The notes under the pieces: model-generated
What the model was told of the DNA's origin: nothing
Seen by the model: only the letters and a program-made list of their open reading frames with translations
Database searches by the model: none
From: Chthonomonadaceae bacterium
GTDB taxonomy: Bacteria; Armatimonadota; Chthonomonadetes; Chthonomonadales; Chthonomonadaceae
NCBI GenBank assembly: GCA_035650735.1
Contig: DASRGZ010000076.1
Coordinates: 1-64,000, forward strand
Length of the DNA: 64,000 bases
Direction: 5' to 3'
Shown: in pieces, positions 44,131 through 54,439 of the stretch
How the letters are laid out: each line of letters starts with the position of its first letter
Numbering within the stretch: position 1 is the first letter of the stretch
Program-made: the position numbers and the translations under genes

Positions 44131-44469
44131 TGCCGGAACAACCTCCTTTTCAACCAGTACGCCACAGTTTAGCACAAATTGGGACAAAAATCAATCCTTC
44201 CGATACAATCTCAGGCGAGCGCACGAACGCATTTTGCTATCTCACCGCGCTTGCCAGGAAGAAAATCAGCAAAGGGAGAAACCTTTCAGGCGGGCGGCAG
44301 CAGGTCGGCGACGCGCACGGGCGCATTGGGGCGGGCCAGCGTCGCGGCGTTCTCTTCTGCCGGCCATATCAGGGAGGCAAATCGCAAAGCGTGTCGAAAC
44401 TTTCCTGCGGCGCGGCGACACTTTTCGGGCGCGCGCGCCGTCGTCCTGGGTGAGGGAGTCGATTCAGAC

Positions 44470-45054
44470 GTGGCCGTTGTCGAAAACCATCGCGAGAGCG
44501 CGCACGAGAAGCGGCTGGTCGCGCGCCTACAGGCGGGAGAGGCCGAGGCCCTGAGCGCGCTGTTTGAGCTGCATGTGGACCGGGTGTTCGCCTATGCCAG
44601 GCACCTGCTGGGCAATCGCGAGGATGCCGAAGAGGTGACCTCGGAGACATTCCTGCGCGCTTTCGAGCGGGTCGCCTCGTTTCGGGGAGAGTGTCCGTTT
44701 CGCGGATGGCTCTTTGGCATTGCGCGCAACCTGTGCTATGACCGCCTGCGCCAACCGCGCCTGCTGCTTTTGGAACCGGAGGAGGCCGAACGGCGTACCG
44801 ATCAGGGCGATGGCGCGACGCAGATGGAGACGCGCGCTCTGGTGCGCCAGGCCATTGCCGCACTGCCGGAAGAGTACCGACTGGCCCTGACCCTCTGCGA
44901 TGTGGAGGAGTGGGACGCGCGCGAGGTGGCCGCAACGCTGCAAAAGTCGCTGCCGGCCACCAAATCGCTGCTCTATCGCGCGCGCCGCGCCCTGCGCGCG
45001 CGCCTGACCGAGCTCTGGGAAGAAGAGGAACCGACCGACGATGCGATGCGATGA
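44470..45054 (+). CDS. ECF sigma factor
   Basis: DAEEVTSETF, FRGWLFGIARN, KSLLYRAR. Confidence 0.9.
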   Translation: MAVVENHRESAHEKRLVARLQAGEAEALSALFELHVDRVFAYARHLLGNREDAEEVTSETFLRAFERVASFRGECPFRGWLFGIARNLCYDRLRQPRLLLLEPEEAERRTDQGDGATQMETRALVRQAIAALPEEYRLALTLCDVEEWDAREVAATLQKSLPATKSLLYRARRALRARLTELWEEEEPTDDAMR

Positions 45055-45340
45055 ACTGCTGGGATTGCTGGATCTCTATCTGGATGGAGAGTTGCCGGAG
45101 GAGATGGCCCGTCGGGTGGATCGGCACCTGTTGCGCTGCCCGGCCTGCGCCTACGAAGCGCGCACGCTGGAGCAGACGCGCGCCATGCTGCGCGAGGCGA
45201 TTCCTCCTGCTGAAACATCGCCGGGGTTCCGGGAGCGGGCGGCGGCACGCCTTCTCGACGCCTTTGCCGACCGCTTGCGCCCCGCTCAGGAGGTCGAGGG
45301 CACCCCGCAGTGGCCGCTGCCGTTTCTGCGCGAGGAGTAG
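45041..45340 (+). CDS. Zinc-finger (zf-HC2) anti-sigma factor
   Basis: YLDGEL..HLLRCPAC; overlaps sigma stop. Confidence 0.88.
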   Translation: MRCDELLGLLDLYLDGELPEEMARRVDRHLLRCPACAYEARTLEQTRAMLREAIPPAETSPGFRERAAARLLDAFADRLRPAQEVEGTPQWPLPFLREE

Positions 45341-45350
45341 ACTGGTTTCT

Positions 45351-45510
45351 GTTCGGGCGGCTAAAGCCGCAGCAACAAAGGCACCAAGTCCGCCTTCGCG
45401 GACTCCTTTCTCCCCTCTCCTTCCCAAGGAGAGGGGCCGGGGGTGAGGTCTGTAGTCGCCGTAGGGCGACTTCATGCCTTTGTTGCCGCGAATTGATTCG
45501 CCCGCTACCG
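45351..45510. repeat. Inverted pair of family D REP-like units around a family A REP
   Basis: CGGGCGGCTAAAGCCGCAGCAACAAAGGCA..AGTCCGCCTTCGCGGACT versus AGTCGCCGTAGGGCGACT..TGCCTTTGTTGCCGCG..CGCCCG. Confidence 0.65.
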
Positions 45511-45568
45511 AAAGCTGAATGACTCTGGGAGTGGAGAAGGGCGGCAGGGAGGAACGAAAGGAAAGTGC

Positions 45569-45961
45569 ATGGCTGGACAAGCGTTTAACGCCTACCGATT
45601 TGAGAACGGCCAGTTTGTGCCCCACAATGAGCCGAACACGAACGGGCTGCAATGGGCTGCCTTTCTGGCTCAACAGGGCTACGCTGAGCCGGAGCAGGTC
45701 TGGGGGCCGTATCCCGATGTCTATATCAAGGTCTATGAAGCGCGACCGGACGCCCAGGCGCGCTTCCAGTTCGTCGCGATCTGCAACCTGGTCACGGTCC
45801 CGCACCGGGTCTTTATCCGCGACATCAACGGCCTGATCCAGCTTCTGAACCTGCTGATGCCTCTGTTCGCGCAATACAGCCGCCCGGAGGAGCAGGTGGG
45901 CGAGGCGCTCTTCGGCTCCCAGGGCGCGCAGGAGGAGAGCCCGGAAGACATGATCGAGTGA
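45569..45961 (+). CDS. Hypothetical protein
   Basis: 130-aa ORF with AAGGA RBS and typical codon usage. Confidence 0.6.
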   Translation: MAGQAFNAYRFENGQFVPHNEPNTNGLQWAAFLAQQGYAEPEQVWGPYPDVYIKVYEARPDAQARFQFVAICNLVTVPHRVFIRDINGLIQLLNLLMPLFAQYSRPEEQVGEALFGSQGAQEESPEDMIE

Positions 45962-46069
45962 GGCAGGCCGTTGGGCCATTCTTGAACGAAATGGCAGGCT
46001 AGACTCTGCGTGGGCCTCTCTTGCTGCCGTTTTTTCCCGATCTCGCCCGGACAGCGCCGGCGCCCTGCC

Positions 46070-47398
46070 TTAGAAGGCTTGGCCCCGTGCCATTTCCCAG
46101 AACAGGAGCGCGGCGGCAATGGCCATCAACACGGTGGTGAGGCCGCCGAACAGATTGGATAGCAGCCCGTTGCACCGCTTTTTAACAACGGTTGGGTTAT
46201 TGCAGAGCCAGAGGAGCAAGACGATCAGGGGCGGAGCGACCACGCCATTGAGCGCCGCTGCATACAATAGCCCCTTGATGGGGCTGATGCTATGCACGAA
46301 ATTGAGCGCGTACCCTACGGCAATCACGCCGGCGAGGGTCAGGTAGAAGCCGCGCGCCCGATTGAACCGCCGATAGAGACCATATCGCCACCCCATCGCT
46401 TCCGAGAGCATGTATGCTGCCGAGCCCGCGAGCGTTGGAACAGTAAGCATCCCTGAGGCCACAATCGTCAGCGTGAACAGCCGGTAGCCTGCTTTGCCCA
46501 GCGGCAGGAGCGCTCTGGCGGCCTCCTGGGCCGTATTGATATGCGTCAGGCCGCGCGCGTGGAGCGACGCAGCCGCGCAGAGAAGGATAAAGAAGGCAAT
46601 CGTCTGCGAGGTAAGCATCCCCACGATGGTATCGGCGCGCATAGAACGGATTTCCTGCTGGGTAGCCCGCTGCAGCCGTCTTCCTGGCGCGGACGCCTTT
46701 CCCTCCTCTACCGCTTCCTCGACTATCTCTGCTGCCTGCCAAAAGAACAGATAGGGCGAAATGGTGCCTCCCAGCAGGCTCAGGGCCGTCAGGATATATT
46801 CCGGGGACTGGCTCCAATGGGGAAGGAACAGATGGCGCGCGATCTGGGGCCAGTTATGATGCACTCCGGGCAGGAGGGCCGCGACGATATAAGCCAGGAG
46901 CGAGAGGGCCAGCCATTTCAGATAGCGAACATAACTGCGATAGGGAACGAAGACCTCTAGAGCCGCCGTTAAGGCCGTAATGACGGTCAGCCACACCCAA
47001 AACGGCAGGCCGAAGAGCATCTGCGCCGAGGCGGCCATGATATTCAAATCTGCCCACACATTAACCACATTGGCTCCGAAAAGCAGGATGACGACGCCCC
47101 AGAGGAGCCAGGGAGAATAGTGTTCTTTAATCGCGGCTGCCAATCCCTTGCCCGTGATGGTCGCGATACGCCCGCACATCTCCTGTACCGCAATCATGAG
47201 CGGTAACATGGCAGGGAAGAGCCAGAGTAACCCGTAGCCAAACTGCGCCCCTGCCACCGAATAGGTGCCGACTGCGGTAGGGTCATCATCGGACGCCCCC
47301 GTTATCAGGCCAGGGCCGAGCCGTTTCCAGAGAGGCTGATGGTCTGGCTGCTCGGGACTGGCTGGCATGGAACGGTTCTGGCGCACTTTCGTTGTCAT
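46070..47398 (-). CDS. Nramp-family divalent metal transporter
   Basis: GPGLITGASDDDPTAVGTYS, GGTISPYLFFWQ; many TM helices. Confidence 0.9.
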   Translation of the reverse strand: MTTKVRQNRSMPASPEQPDHQPLWKRLGPGLITGASDDDPTAVGTYSVAGAQFGYGLLWLFPAMLPLMIAVQEMCGRIATITGKGLAAAIKEHYSPWLLWGVVILLFGANVVNVWADLNIMAASAQMLFGLPFWVWLTVITALTAALEVFVPYRSYVRYLKWLALSLLAYIVAALLPGVHHNWPQIARHLFLPHWSQSPEYILTALSLLGGTISPYLFFWQAAEIVEEAVEEGKASAPGRRLQRATQQEIRSMRADTIVGMLTSQTIAFFILLCAAASLHARGLTHINTAQEAARALLPLGKAGYRLFTLTIVASGMLTVPTLAGSAAYMLSEAMGWRYGLYRRFNRARGFYLTLAGVIAVGYALNFVHSISPIKGLLYAAALNGVVAPPLIVLLLWLCNNPTVVKKRCNGLLSNLFGGLTTVLMAIAAALLFWEMARGQAF

Positions 47399-47614
47399 AG
47401 ATTGCTCTTTACGACTCAAGGGTAAGGAGGCTCCCCTTTTGCTGCCGGGGAATGGCTGCCGTGTTTCTGTCATACAGGTACGCTCGCGTCGCCGAATCGT
47501 GCTCAGCAATAGGGACCCTCATGCGGCGGACCTTGCGCGAGAGCGCAGGGAAAACGCGCCTGTCTCGCGAACCACCAGGATAGATTCCAGGTAAGACGGA
47601 GTAAGAGCACGGCC

Positions 47615-48019
47615 ATGAAAGCCTTCTCGGTGCGCTGGCGCAGCGCGCGGCGGTTTCAGGAGCATGAAGTCTTTGCGGATGCGGCGGTGGGGGCCTGCAT
47701 TCTGGCGGCGCTGGAAGCGTCGGGCGGTATGGCGGTCTGGCAGGCGGGAACGCTGTGGAAGTGTCCGGGCTGCGGAGACCGCACGGTACGCACGGAGGAG
47801 TTCCTGGAGGGGATGCGCCGCGCCGAGGAGTATCTGCAACGCGAGGAGGCATCATGCCAGCGGAGCGGCGACGCGCAAGCCCCGGGCCGCCGCGCCGCGC
47901 TGAACTGGCTGGCAGAAGTCGCCGCCAAGATGCTTGGCTGTGAGCGGGACCGGGTCTATATCAAAGATGAGGGCGGCGCCTGCGCCTATGAAGGGGTAAC
48001 TTACATCTCTCGGATTTGA
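47615..48019 (+). CDS. Hypothetical protein with a CxxC motif
   Basis: WKCPGCG; fills gap, plausible codon usage. Confidence 0.45.
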   Translation: MKAFSVRWRSARRFQEHEVFADAAVGACILAALEASGGMAVWQAGTLWKCPGCGDRTVRTEEFLEGMRRAEEYLQREEASCQRSGDAQAPGRRAALNWLAEVAAKMLGCERDRVYIKDEGGACAYEGVTYISRI

Positions 48020-48087
48020 CCTCTTTCCGGCAGGGTTTAGCCTGCCGAGGGTATGGAGGCCGCTCCCCTCTCCTTAAGAAGGCGCCC

Positions 48088-48849
48088 TCAATCCGTAAGT
48101 ACGGCGTGGCGGAACAGCTTGCGGGCCCGATCCGATATCTCGTGCCAGGCGGCGCGTGGGATGACGGGCACCTTTTGCTCAAAACGATACCAGGGGCGGG
48201 TATAGACCAGGGCTATATTCGGGCGAGAGCGGTCGGAGTGGTTGGGGGTGCCGCGATGCCACATCCGCAGGTCGCGCAGCAGCACGGAGCCCGCGTTCAT
48301 GGTCACCCGTCGGGAGGGCATTTCCTGCGCGAGGGCCGCTATGTCCGAGCCGCCGGGCCAGAGATGGGTACCGCCCGGCCAGATCTCCATCGGGCCATTC
48401 TCTTCGGTCACGTCCACCAGCGGAATATTCAGCACCAGCCCGTAAGCAGGCAGAGAGAGGCGATTCTCCGGGAAGAGAAGCTGCGTGTCGGAGTGAACGC
48501 GCTGATAGTCGGAGCCGGGCAGCGGCGTGTCCGAGGCAAAGTAGGTGCAGATGGACGTCACCGCCTCCGGGTTGGCGGCAAAGGCCGCGTTGCCGAAGAC
48601 GGCCTCCACAACGGCCAGCACCGTGTCGTTCTCGTAGACACGCGGATCGGCAAAGGGCGGCTCAAACGGCAGATACATCTGGTAGCGGTTCGCGCCCCGG
48701 TTGGAAGGCTCACGGCGCATATGCTCGCTCAACTGCCGATCGAAGGCATCGCGGAGCGAGTCGATGAGCGCGCGCGGCAGCAAGTCTTCAAAGATGGTGT
48801 AGCCGTTGACGCGGATGCGGTCGGCATGAAACTCAGGGGAGTCTGTCAT
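48088..48849 (-). CDS. PhyH-family dioxygenase
   Basis: QRVHSD, NGPMEIWPGGTH, MWHRGTPN. Confidence 0.88.
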   Translation of the reverse strand: MTDSPEFHADRIRVNGYTIFEDLLPRALIDSLRDAFDRQLSEHMRREPSNRGANRYQMYLPFEPPFADPRVYENDTVLAVVEAVFGNAAFAANPEAVTSICTYFASDTPLPGSDYQRVHSDTQLLFPENRLSLPAYGLVLNIPLVDVTEENGPMEIWPGGTHLWPGGSDIAALAQEMPSRRVTMNAGSVLLRDLRMWHRGTPNHSDRSRPNIALVYTRPWYRFEQKVPVIPRAAWHEISDRARKLFRHAVLTD

Positions 48850-48888
48850 AACAGGCTTACCTCTAGATCTAAGGAATGAAGCCCTTGT

Positions 48889-49082
48889 CGGGTACTGAAA
48901 GTACCCGGCTCTAGGGCCTGCGGCCAAGCGTCCTGCGGACGGCAAAGCTTAAAAGGTAGTGAGCGTCCGAAGGACGGTCGGCGGCGCAGCCGCCCTCTAG
49001 CCGGGTATTTTCCATGCCCGGCACGGATCGGAGGTTTTCAACCCCCGGCTCTAGGGCCTGCGGCCAAGCGTCCTGGCGGACG
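48889..49082. repeat. Family B composite repeat (uninterrupted reference copy)
   Basis: Colinear with 8948-9267; partial copy at 54952-55008. Confidence 0.85.
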
Positions 49083-49153
49083 CGCATTTGTACGAGGTTC
49101 AACTGGTTCGTCCGTATGATGGCCGCACGGGGCGCGGTCGCGGCGGATTGCTC

Positions 49154-50548
49154 CTACCAACGGGCCTCCGCTTGCGGCGGGTCGGCGTAGGCGGCGTACT
49201 GTTGGGCCACCTGCGCGGCGGCGGTGTCGCCCCGATGGAACAGCAGGCGGTAGCGCAGCGTAAGATGGCCGCCTTGCGGCACGGTATAATCACCGGCCCC
49301 TTCGGGGCCAAGCCCGAAATCGTGCAGGCCGAAGGGGTTGACGGCAAACAGGCCGTAGTCGCGGGCGTGCCAGGTCTGCGGGTGGCGCAGGTTGCCGGGG
49401 TGGTCGAAAATGGCAACGCCGTAGGTCTGGCCGTGGATAGGCCCCCAGTAGTCCACCCACTCCGCCGCTTTGCCCCAGGCCGCGCCATCCTTATTGCCTG
49501 TTGAGGTCTCAATGTGGCCGCCTTGCTTGCGCGCGGGAGCCAGCGTATCGGCCACGCGCAGCCCGAACGTTCCCTCTTTCGTGTCTCCGAAAACCACTAG
49601 GCCCTCGGTCGGCTGGATTTGAATGGTGAAATCCAGCACGCGGTCGCCGTTGGGCAGGGCGTAAACCCGTATCCAGCGCCTGTCTGTGGCGATGAGCTTG
49701 CCGTCGGGAGCGCGCCAGGCCGTCTCCGCCTCAAAGCCGCCGTAGACCGGGCCGCTTACCGGCCTGCGAAAGGCGAGATTTTCCGTCTTGCCGGTTCCCT
49801 TTTCCTCCGACCAGAAATCTATGCCGTTGATGTTGCCGTGCGTGAACCACAGGCCGCGATGGTGTGGGTGGTCGTGGCTTTCATCCGTGGTAGCTTCCAT
49901 CGGCCAACGGCGGGTGATCGGGCTGCCGTCCGGGGTCAGGATGGGATAGAAAAACGGCTTGTTGGGCCCGCTATGGGTTGTGTAGCGCGTGAAAAGGGCG
50001 CTGCCGATGGAGACCTCCATATCCGGTCCGCGCGGCGTGACGCGCACCTCCGGTTGGTCGGGATGGGAAGCATGCTCGCGGCGCAGGCGGTAGGTGCGCG
50101 TAGCGCCCTGCGCCAGGTCGGGCTCCACAAAGCTAAGCTGGGGCCGGTAATATTCGCCGGTATATCCCAGTTGACAGGACCGCCGCTCCTTGCCATCCGA
50201 CGTTTCCAGATAGAGCCTGTCTGCCGGGCCGAGGGTAAGGCGGTGCTGAGTCGAGAGTGGGAGCGCGACCGTCACGATGGCGTTATGGTAGGCATGGTGG
50301 AGGGCGCGCACCGTGACGGTTGGCAGGGCCTCACGGGCCTGGGCGCGCGCCGCCAGGCTTACACTCAGGAGCAGCAGCGTGCATAGGAACCACCTAACCC
50401 CCCGGCCTTTGGCCCTCATCCCCTGTCCCCCTCTCCCGCAGCGTGGGAGATGGGTTGGGGGGGAGGGCCACTCCCCTCCCCTAGAATTGGGGGAGGGGGC
50501 GGGGGTGGGGGCCGCTCCACGTTTAAAGAGAGCAGAGCGCGCTACCAT
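49154..50548 (-). CDS. Secreted DUF6807/'PmoA-family' protein with in-frame REP in its N-terminus
   Basis: KPFFYPI, DHPHHRGLWF, DHPGNLRHP..WHARDYGLFAVNPFG; AGGAGG RBS before ATG 50548. Confidence 0.8.
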   Translation of the reverse strand: MVARSALFKRGAAPTPAPSPNSRGGEWPSPPTHLPRCGRGGQGMRAKGRGVRWFLCTLLLLSVSLAARAQAREALPTVTVRALHHAYHNAIVTVALPLSTQHRLTLGPADRLYLETSDGKERRSCQLGYTGEYYRPQLSFVEPDLAQGATRTYRLRREHASHPDQPEVRVTPRGPDMEVSIGSALFTRYTTHSGPNKPFFYPILTPDGSPITRRWPMEATTDESHDHPHHRGLWFTHGNINGIDFWSEEKGTGKTENLAFRRPVSGPVYGGFEAETAWRAPDGKLIATDRRWIRVYALPNGDRVLDFTIQIQPTEGLVVFGDTKEGTFGLRVADTLAPARKQGGHIETSTGNKDGAAWGKAAEWVDYWGPIHGQTYGVAIFDHPGNLRHPQTWHARDYGLFAVNPFGLHDFGLGPEGAGDYTVPQGGHLTLRYRLLFHRGDTAAAQVAQQYAAYADPPQAEARW

Positions 50549-51378
50549 GCAGCCTCCTGGTTCTGCTGTCGGGCCTGCCACCAGACGCGCAGCGGCGCGT
50601 CTTCGTCGGTGGGCAGGTAGTAGCCTAACTGGGTCTTGGCGTCGCCCAGCAATTGGCGGCGAACGGGTGAACAGCGTTCCAGCAGTTCCGGCGGCATCGT
50701 CACGTAGTCCATCGGGCGCAGCCAGCGGTAACCATAGCCGAAAAACAGGCTCTTGCGGGTGATGTGGGACCGGTTGGGGCCGACCGCGTGATAGGTGCGC
50801 TGCTCAAACAGCACGGCATCGCCCGGATGGGCGCAGATTTCAATGGCGCCGTATGGGTCAGGCGCGTCGTCGGCTTGCGCGGGGCGTCCTATCAGGCGGT
50901 GGCTGCCCGGCACGAAGCGGATATTGCCCCGTCCCGGCGCGGAGAGGTCGGAGAGCCAGTAGGCGATCTTAATCAACAGGCGCGGGTGCGGCTCCAGCAT
51001 CTCCTGGGCCGAAGTGCCGCCGTCCCGGTGCCAGTTCTCAGCCTTCCAATGGGCGTCCGCTTCCGGCGGACTCGGCGCGCGCACGATCAGGTGAGAAGTG
51101 ATCAGGTGGATGTTCCAGTTGAGCAGATCCACCACGAGCGGCACGGTCGCCGGCCAGTCCAGCAACTCCAGGAACAGATCGTCTTCCACGATGCAGTTAC
51201 GCAACTGCCAGTGATTGGTTTTGGAAAGGCCCTGCGCGCGCACTCCCTGTTCATACAGGCGATCTACCACCTCCGTCAGCCGCGCGACCATCGCGGGTGG
51301 CAGGACGTTGGGCACTACCAGGAACCCGTCGCGCTCAAAGGCGGCACGCTGCTCCTGGGTCAATACGGCAGGCTTCAT
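50542..51378 (-). CDS. PhyH-family dioxygenase
   Basis: FERDGFLVV, WHRD, VPGSH, GDAVLF..TYHAVG. Confidence 0.9.
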   Translation of the reverse strand: MKPAVLTQEQRAAFERDGFLVVPNVLPPAMVARLTEVVDRLYEQGVRAQGLSKTNHWQLRNCIVEDDLFLELLDWPATVPLVVDLLNWNIHLITSHLIVRAPSPPEADAHWKAENWHRDGGTSAQEMLEPHPRLLIKIAYWLSDLSAPGRGNIRFVPGSHRLIGRPAQADDAPDPYGAIEICAHPGDAVLFEQRTYHAVGPNRSHITRKSLFFGYGYRWLRPMDYVTMPPELLERCSPVRRQLLGDAKTQLGYYLPTDEDAPLRVWWQARQQNQEAAW

Positions 51379-51506
51379 GGCAGGCTCCTTCCGGCAGATA
51401 TGGCAAAGGATTATTCGGTTGCGTAGGCGTATATACCTGCGCCATTTCGCGGAACGGATCAAACAGATCCGGCTCCGCAGGTTTGCCATCAAAGGAGAAA
51501 TACATC

Positions 51507-51830
51507 GTGCCGCAGATTACCGTCGAAGGCGAGAAGACCTTCGAGGCCGAGGAAGGCAAGAAACTGGTCTTGTGCATCGAAGACGCAGGCATAGATATTC
51601 TGCATCGCTGCGGCGGGCTGGCCCGCTGCACCACCTGCCGCGTGGAGATTCTGGCCGGGGAGGCGCCGCCCATGAGCGAGCGGGAGCGCGCCGCCCTGCA
51701 GCGTGAGCCGGGATTGCTCGGCAAGTACCGGCTTTCCTGCCAGATCCGCGTCGCCAGCGATCTAACGGTGCGCGTCGGCAAGCGCGCGCACATCGAGGGC
51801 CTGCGTCCAGGCCCGCGCCCGGCAGCGTAA
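51507..51830 (+). CDS. 2Fe-2S ferredoxin
   Basis: CGGLARCTTCRV...RLSCQI; AAGGAG RBS, GTG start. Confidence 0.9.
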   Translation: MPQITVEGEKTFEAEEGKKLVLCIEDAGIDILHRCGGLARCTTCRVEILAGEAPPMSERERAALQREPGLLGKYRLSCQIRVASDLTVRVGKRAHIEGLRPGPRPAA

Positions 51831-51986
51831 ACACCGGGATTTGCCGTCCTTTTAGCGGCAGGCTCAACCCTGCCGCTGTGGGGCGCTTTGCGCCCGCCGC
51901 CCACCGGCGTGGGCGGAAAAAGCGCCGCCATGAAAGGGCAGTCAAGGAGCCGGAGGCGCCGCTTCCAGTCTCGAAGTCGCACTCTT

Positions 51987-52769
51987 ATGTTCTCTAAAAT
52001 TCTACGGGCTGTCCGAAATCCGCAGATCGTCAGTAACTTTGTCCGGTGGAAGCTACTACAACTACGTATTGCTCTCCACAACGCTACTCTCCGGCGAGCA
52101 ACACGGCCACAAGGAAACCCTTCCTGCCTGCCAGAGTTGGCTCAGATCCAGGAACGCTGCAAGCTGGATACCGACATTAGCGACCATCTGCCCACGCTCT
52201 TCGCGGAGACGCTGACCATGCATCCCCGGTTGATCGTCGAGCTTGGGGTCAGGGGAGGGGACAGCACCTTTGTCCTGGAGCGGGCCGCGCGCCTGTGCCA
52301 GGCCAGGCTAATTAGCGTGGATATTGCCGACTGCGCCAAGGTTACTTCCTGGCCGGATTGGCTCTTTGTCCAGAGCGATGATGTCGCCTTTGCCAAGGAG
52401 TTCCCGCGCTACTGCGCCGAACGCGGCCTTGCCCCCCGCATTGATGTCCTCTTCATTGATACCAGCCATCTCTACGACCATACGGTTCAGGAACTGGCTT
52501 GCTGGCTGCCCTTCTTAGCCGAACACGCCAAAGTGCTGTTCCACGATACCAATCAGCGGCGATTGGGACGCCGTAAGGATGGCCGGCTGATGGCCGGCAT
52601 AGACAATCGGGGCGTGATCGCGGCGCTGGAAAACTATTTTGGGCGCTCCTTCGATGCCGGCCAGGACTTTGTGGATGTCTGCAAGGGGTGGCTCATCAAG
52701 CACTTCGCCTACAGCAACGGCCTTACCATCCTTGAGAAACTGCCCAGACAGCCTGGCTATAAACTTTGA
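51987..52769 (+). CDS. Class I SAM-dependent methyltransferase
   Basis: IVELGVRGGDST, LFIDTSH, LFHDT. Confidence 0.85.
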   Translation: MFSKILRAVRNPQIVSNFVRWKLLQLRIALHNATLRRATRPQGNPSCLPELAQIQERCKLDTDISDHLPTLFAETLTMHPRLIVELGVRGGDSTFVLERAARLCQARLISVDIADCAKVTSWPDWLFVQSDDVAFAKEFPRYCAERGLAPRIDVLFIDTSHLYDHTVQELACWLPFLAEHAKVLFHDTNQRRLGRRKDGRLMAGIDNRGVIAALENYFGRSFDAGQDFVDVCKGWLIKHFAYSNGLTILEKLPRQPGYKL

Positions 52770-52798
52770 TATCCTGAGGGAGGCGGGAAGGACAAGGA

Positions 52799-52908
52799 GC
52801 GCGGGCCGCGTGGCGGCCCGCGCGTTTTTGTGTGGGGCGCGCTAGCGCGCCCCACACAAAAACGGTTTCTGGCAGATTTATTAGGTTTCAGCAAACATTA
52901 TCGGACGT
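52799..52908. repeat. Two-copy element with a perfect 42-bp palindrome (second copy ~61979-62087)
   Basis: CGTTTTTGTGTGGGGCGCGCTAGCGCGCCCCACACAAAAACG (52823-52864); shared tail ATTATCGGACGT. Confidence 0.8.
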
Positions 52909-52968
52909 TACGGGAGAGTAGTATGTAATGATAGGTGGCGTGAGCGGTTGGGCTGCCGGGAGGGTGCG

Positions 52969-53018
52969 AAAAGCAAAGGCATGGGAGGGCGCTGCTGCCT
53001 TCCCATGCCTTTTGTTTT
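52969..53018. terminator. Bidirectional intrinsic terminator
   Basis: AAAAGCAAAGGCATGGGA..TCCCATGCCTTTTGTTTT between convergent genes. Confidence 0.75.
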
Positions 53019-53045
53019 GGAGAACGCGGAATCAAGCCAACGGCA

Positions 53046-54182
53046 TCAGGCCGCAAGCGTCTCCCGCAGGCGTGCCCCGGCCCGGTTGCCGCGCAGCTTC
53101 TCCAGCGCCTGATTTTCCAGTTGGCGGGCGCGCTCGCGCGTGATGTGCAGCGCCTTGCCGACCTCTTCCAGCGTGTGCGGCTGGGTGCCGTTCAGCCCGA
53201 AGCGCAGCCGCAGGACATCTTGTTCGCGCGGCGTCAGGCTCTTGAGGGCGCGCGCCACCTCCTCCTGAACGGCGTGGCGGAACACCTTGGCGTAGGGTCC
53301 CTGGCTCTCTTCCGCCGGAATGAACTCACCCAGACGCTGCTCGCCTTCCGCGCCAAGCGGCTGATCCAGCGAGGCGGGCTCGACCATGCTTTGCAGCAGC
53401 GTCGCCAACTGCTCTTCCGACATACTGGCCGCTTTGGCCAACTCGGCGCGGGTCGGCGTGCGGCCCAGGTCGTTCTCCAGCTCGCCCCGAATGCGCGTTA
53501 GCCGCCCGATGGTATCCACGATATAGGCCGGCAGGCGGATACTGCGCCCGGAGTTGGCGATGGCGCGCGTGATGGTCTGCCGGATCCAGTGGGTGGCGTA
53601 GGTGCTAAACCGAAAGCCTTTGCGCCAGTTGAACTTATCGGCGGCATGAATCAGGCCGATAATGCCCTCCTGGATCAGGTCTTCCATGGGCAGGCCCCGC
53701 CCCTGATAGCGCTGGGCGATGGAGGTCACCAGGCGCAGGTTGGCATTAACCAGCTTCTCCTTGGCGGCCCGGTCGCCCTTTTCGATCCGCTTGGCCAGAA
53801 TGATCTCCTGGCAGGGCGTTAGCAGCACGCCCTTGCCGGTAGGCATCGGCGAGGAGTTGCGCTCTTCCAGAGGGACGGCAAACGCGCTCTTGCGCGCTGC
53901 GTGCGGGCGCATCTTATGATCAACCGGAGGCAGCAGCTCATCGCCGGCCTCTTCGGCCAGAGCGGCAGACTCATCGCCATCCGGGACGTAATCTTGCAGC
54001 AGACGCTGCACCTGGTTGGTATCCAGATCTATCGTCGCACTCGGGGTCTCTTCCAGCAGGAACGTCCTGCGCCGCCGTCCGTTGCCTGTGCGAGTACGGC
54101 GAGGCGCGCGCCGACCGATGTGGCCAACTTCCCCATTGGCCAGTTCGACCTCCTCCTGGGCGTCTATTAGCATCGGACGCAT
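53046..54182 (-). CDS. RpoD/RpoS-like sigma70 factor lacking region 1.1
   Basis: ANLRLV, DLIQEGIIGL, FSTYATHWIRQ, TLEEVG..ITRERARQLE. Confidence 0.92.
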   Translation of the reverse strand: MRPMLIDAQEEVELANGEVGHIGRRAPRRTRTGNGRRRRTFLLEETPSATIDLDTNQVQRLLQDYVPDGDESAALAEEAGDELLPPVDHKMRPHAARKSAFAVPLEERNSSPMPTGKGVLLTPCQEIILAKRIEKGDRAAKEKLVNANLRLVTSIAQRYQGRGLPMEDLIQEGIIGLIHAADKFNWRKGFRFSTYATHWIRQTITRAIANSGRSIRLPAYIVDTIGRLTRIRGELENDLGRTPTRAELAKAASMSEEQLATLLQSMVEPASLDQPLGAEGEQRLGEFIPAEESQGPYAKVFRHAVQEEVARALKSLTPREQDVLRLRFGLNGTQPHTLEEVGKALHITRERARQLENQALEKLRGNRAGARLRETLAA

Positions 54183-54439
54183 TCTTTCATCCCCCCTTGC
54201 TCTTATCTTCCGGTGTCTTCCGGCGCGCACGCGCCGCAATACTTTCAATACGTTCCCCTCAAGGGAAGCGTTGCACCGCTCCGTCGCATCTCCCCAGCCA
54301 GATCCTACAATGGACAAGGGTCAGGCAAAATGCGCAGGTTTCGCAGCCCGGCATGGATATTAGACGGATAAAACAGCAAAACGGACGATAAATGTTGGCC
54401 GTGCCTTTATGAAATGAAGAGCGCGGGACGTCTTATGCT

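Noticed and set aside
49154..50548. Methane monooxygenase PmoA
   Set aside because: Soluble secreted DUF6807-type protein; no pmoB/pmoC and no multi-TM topology.
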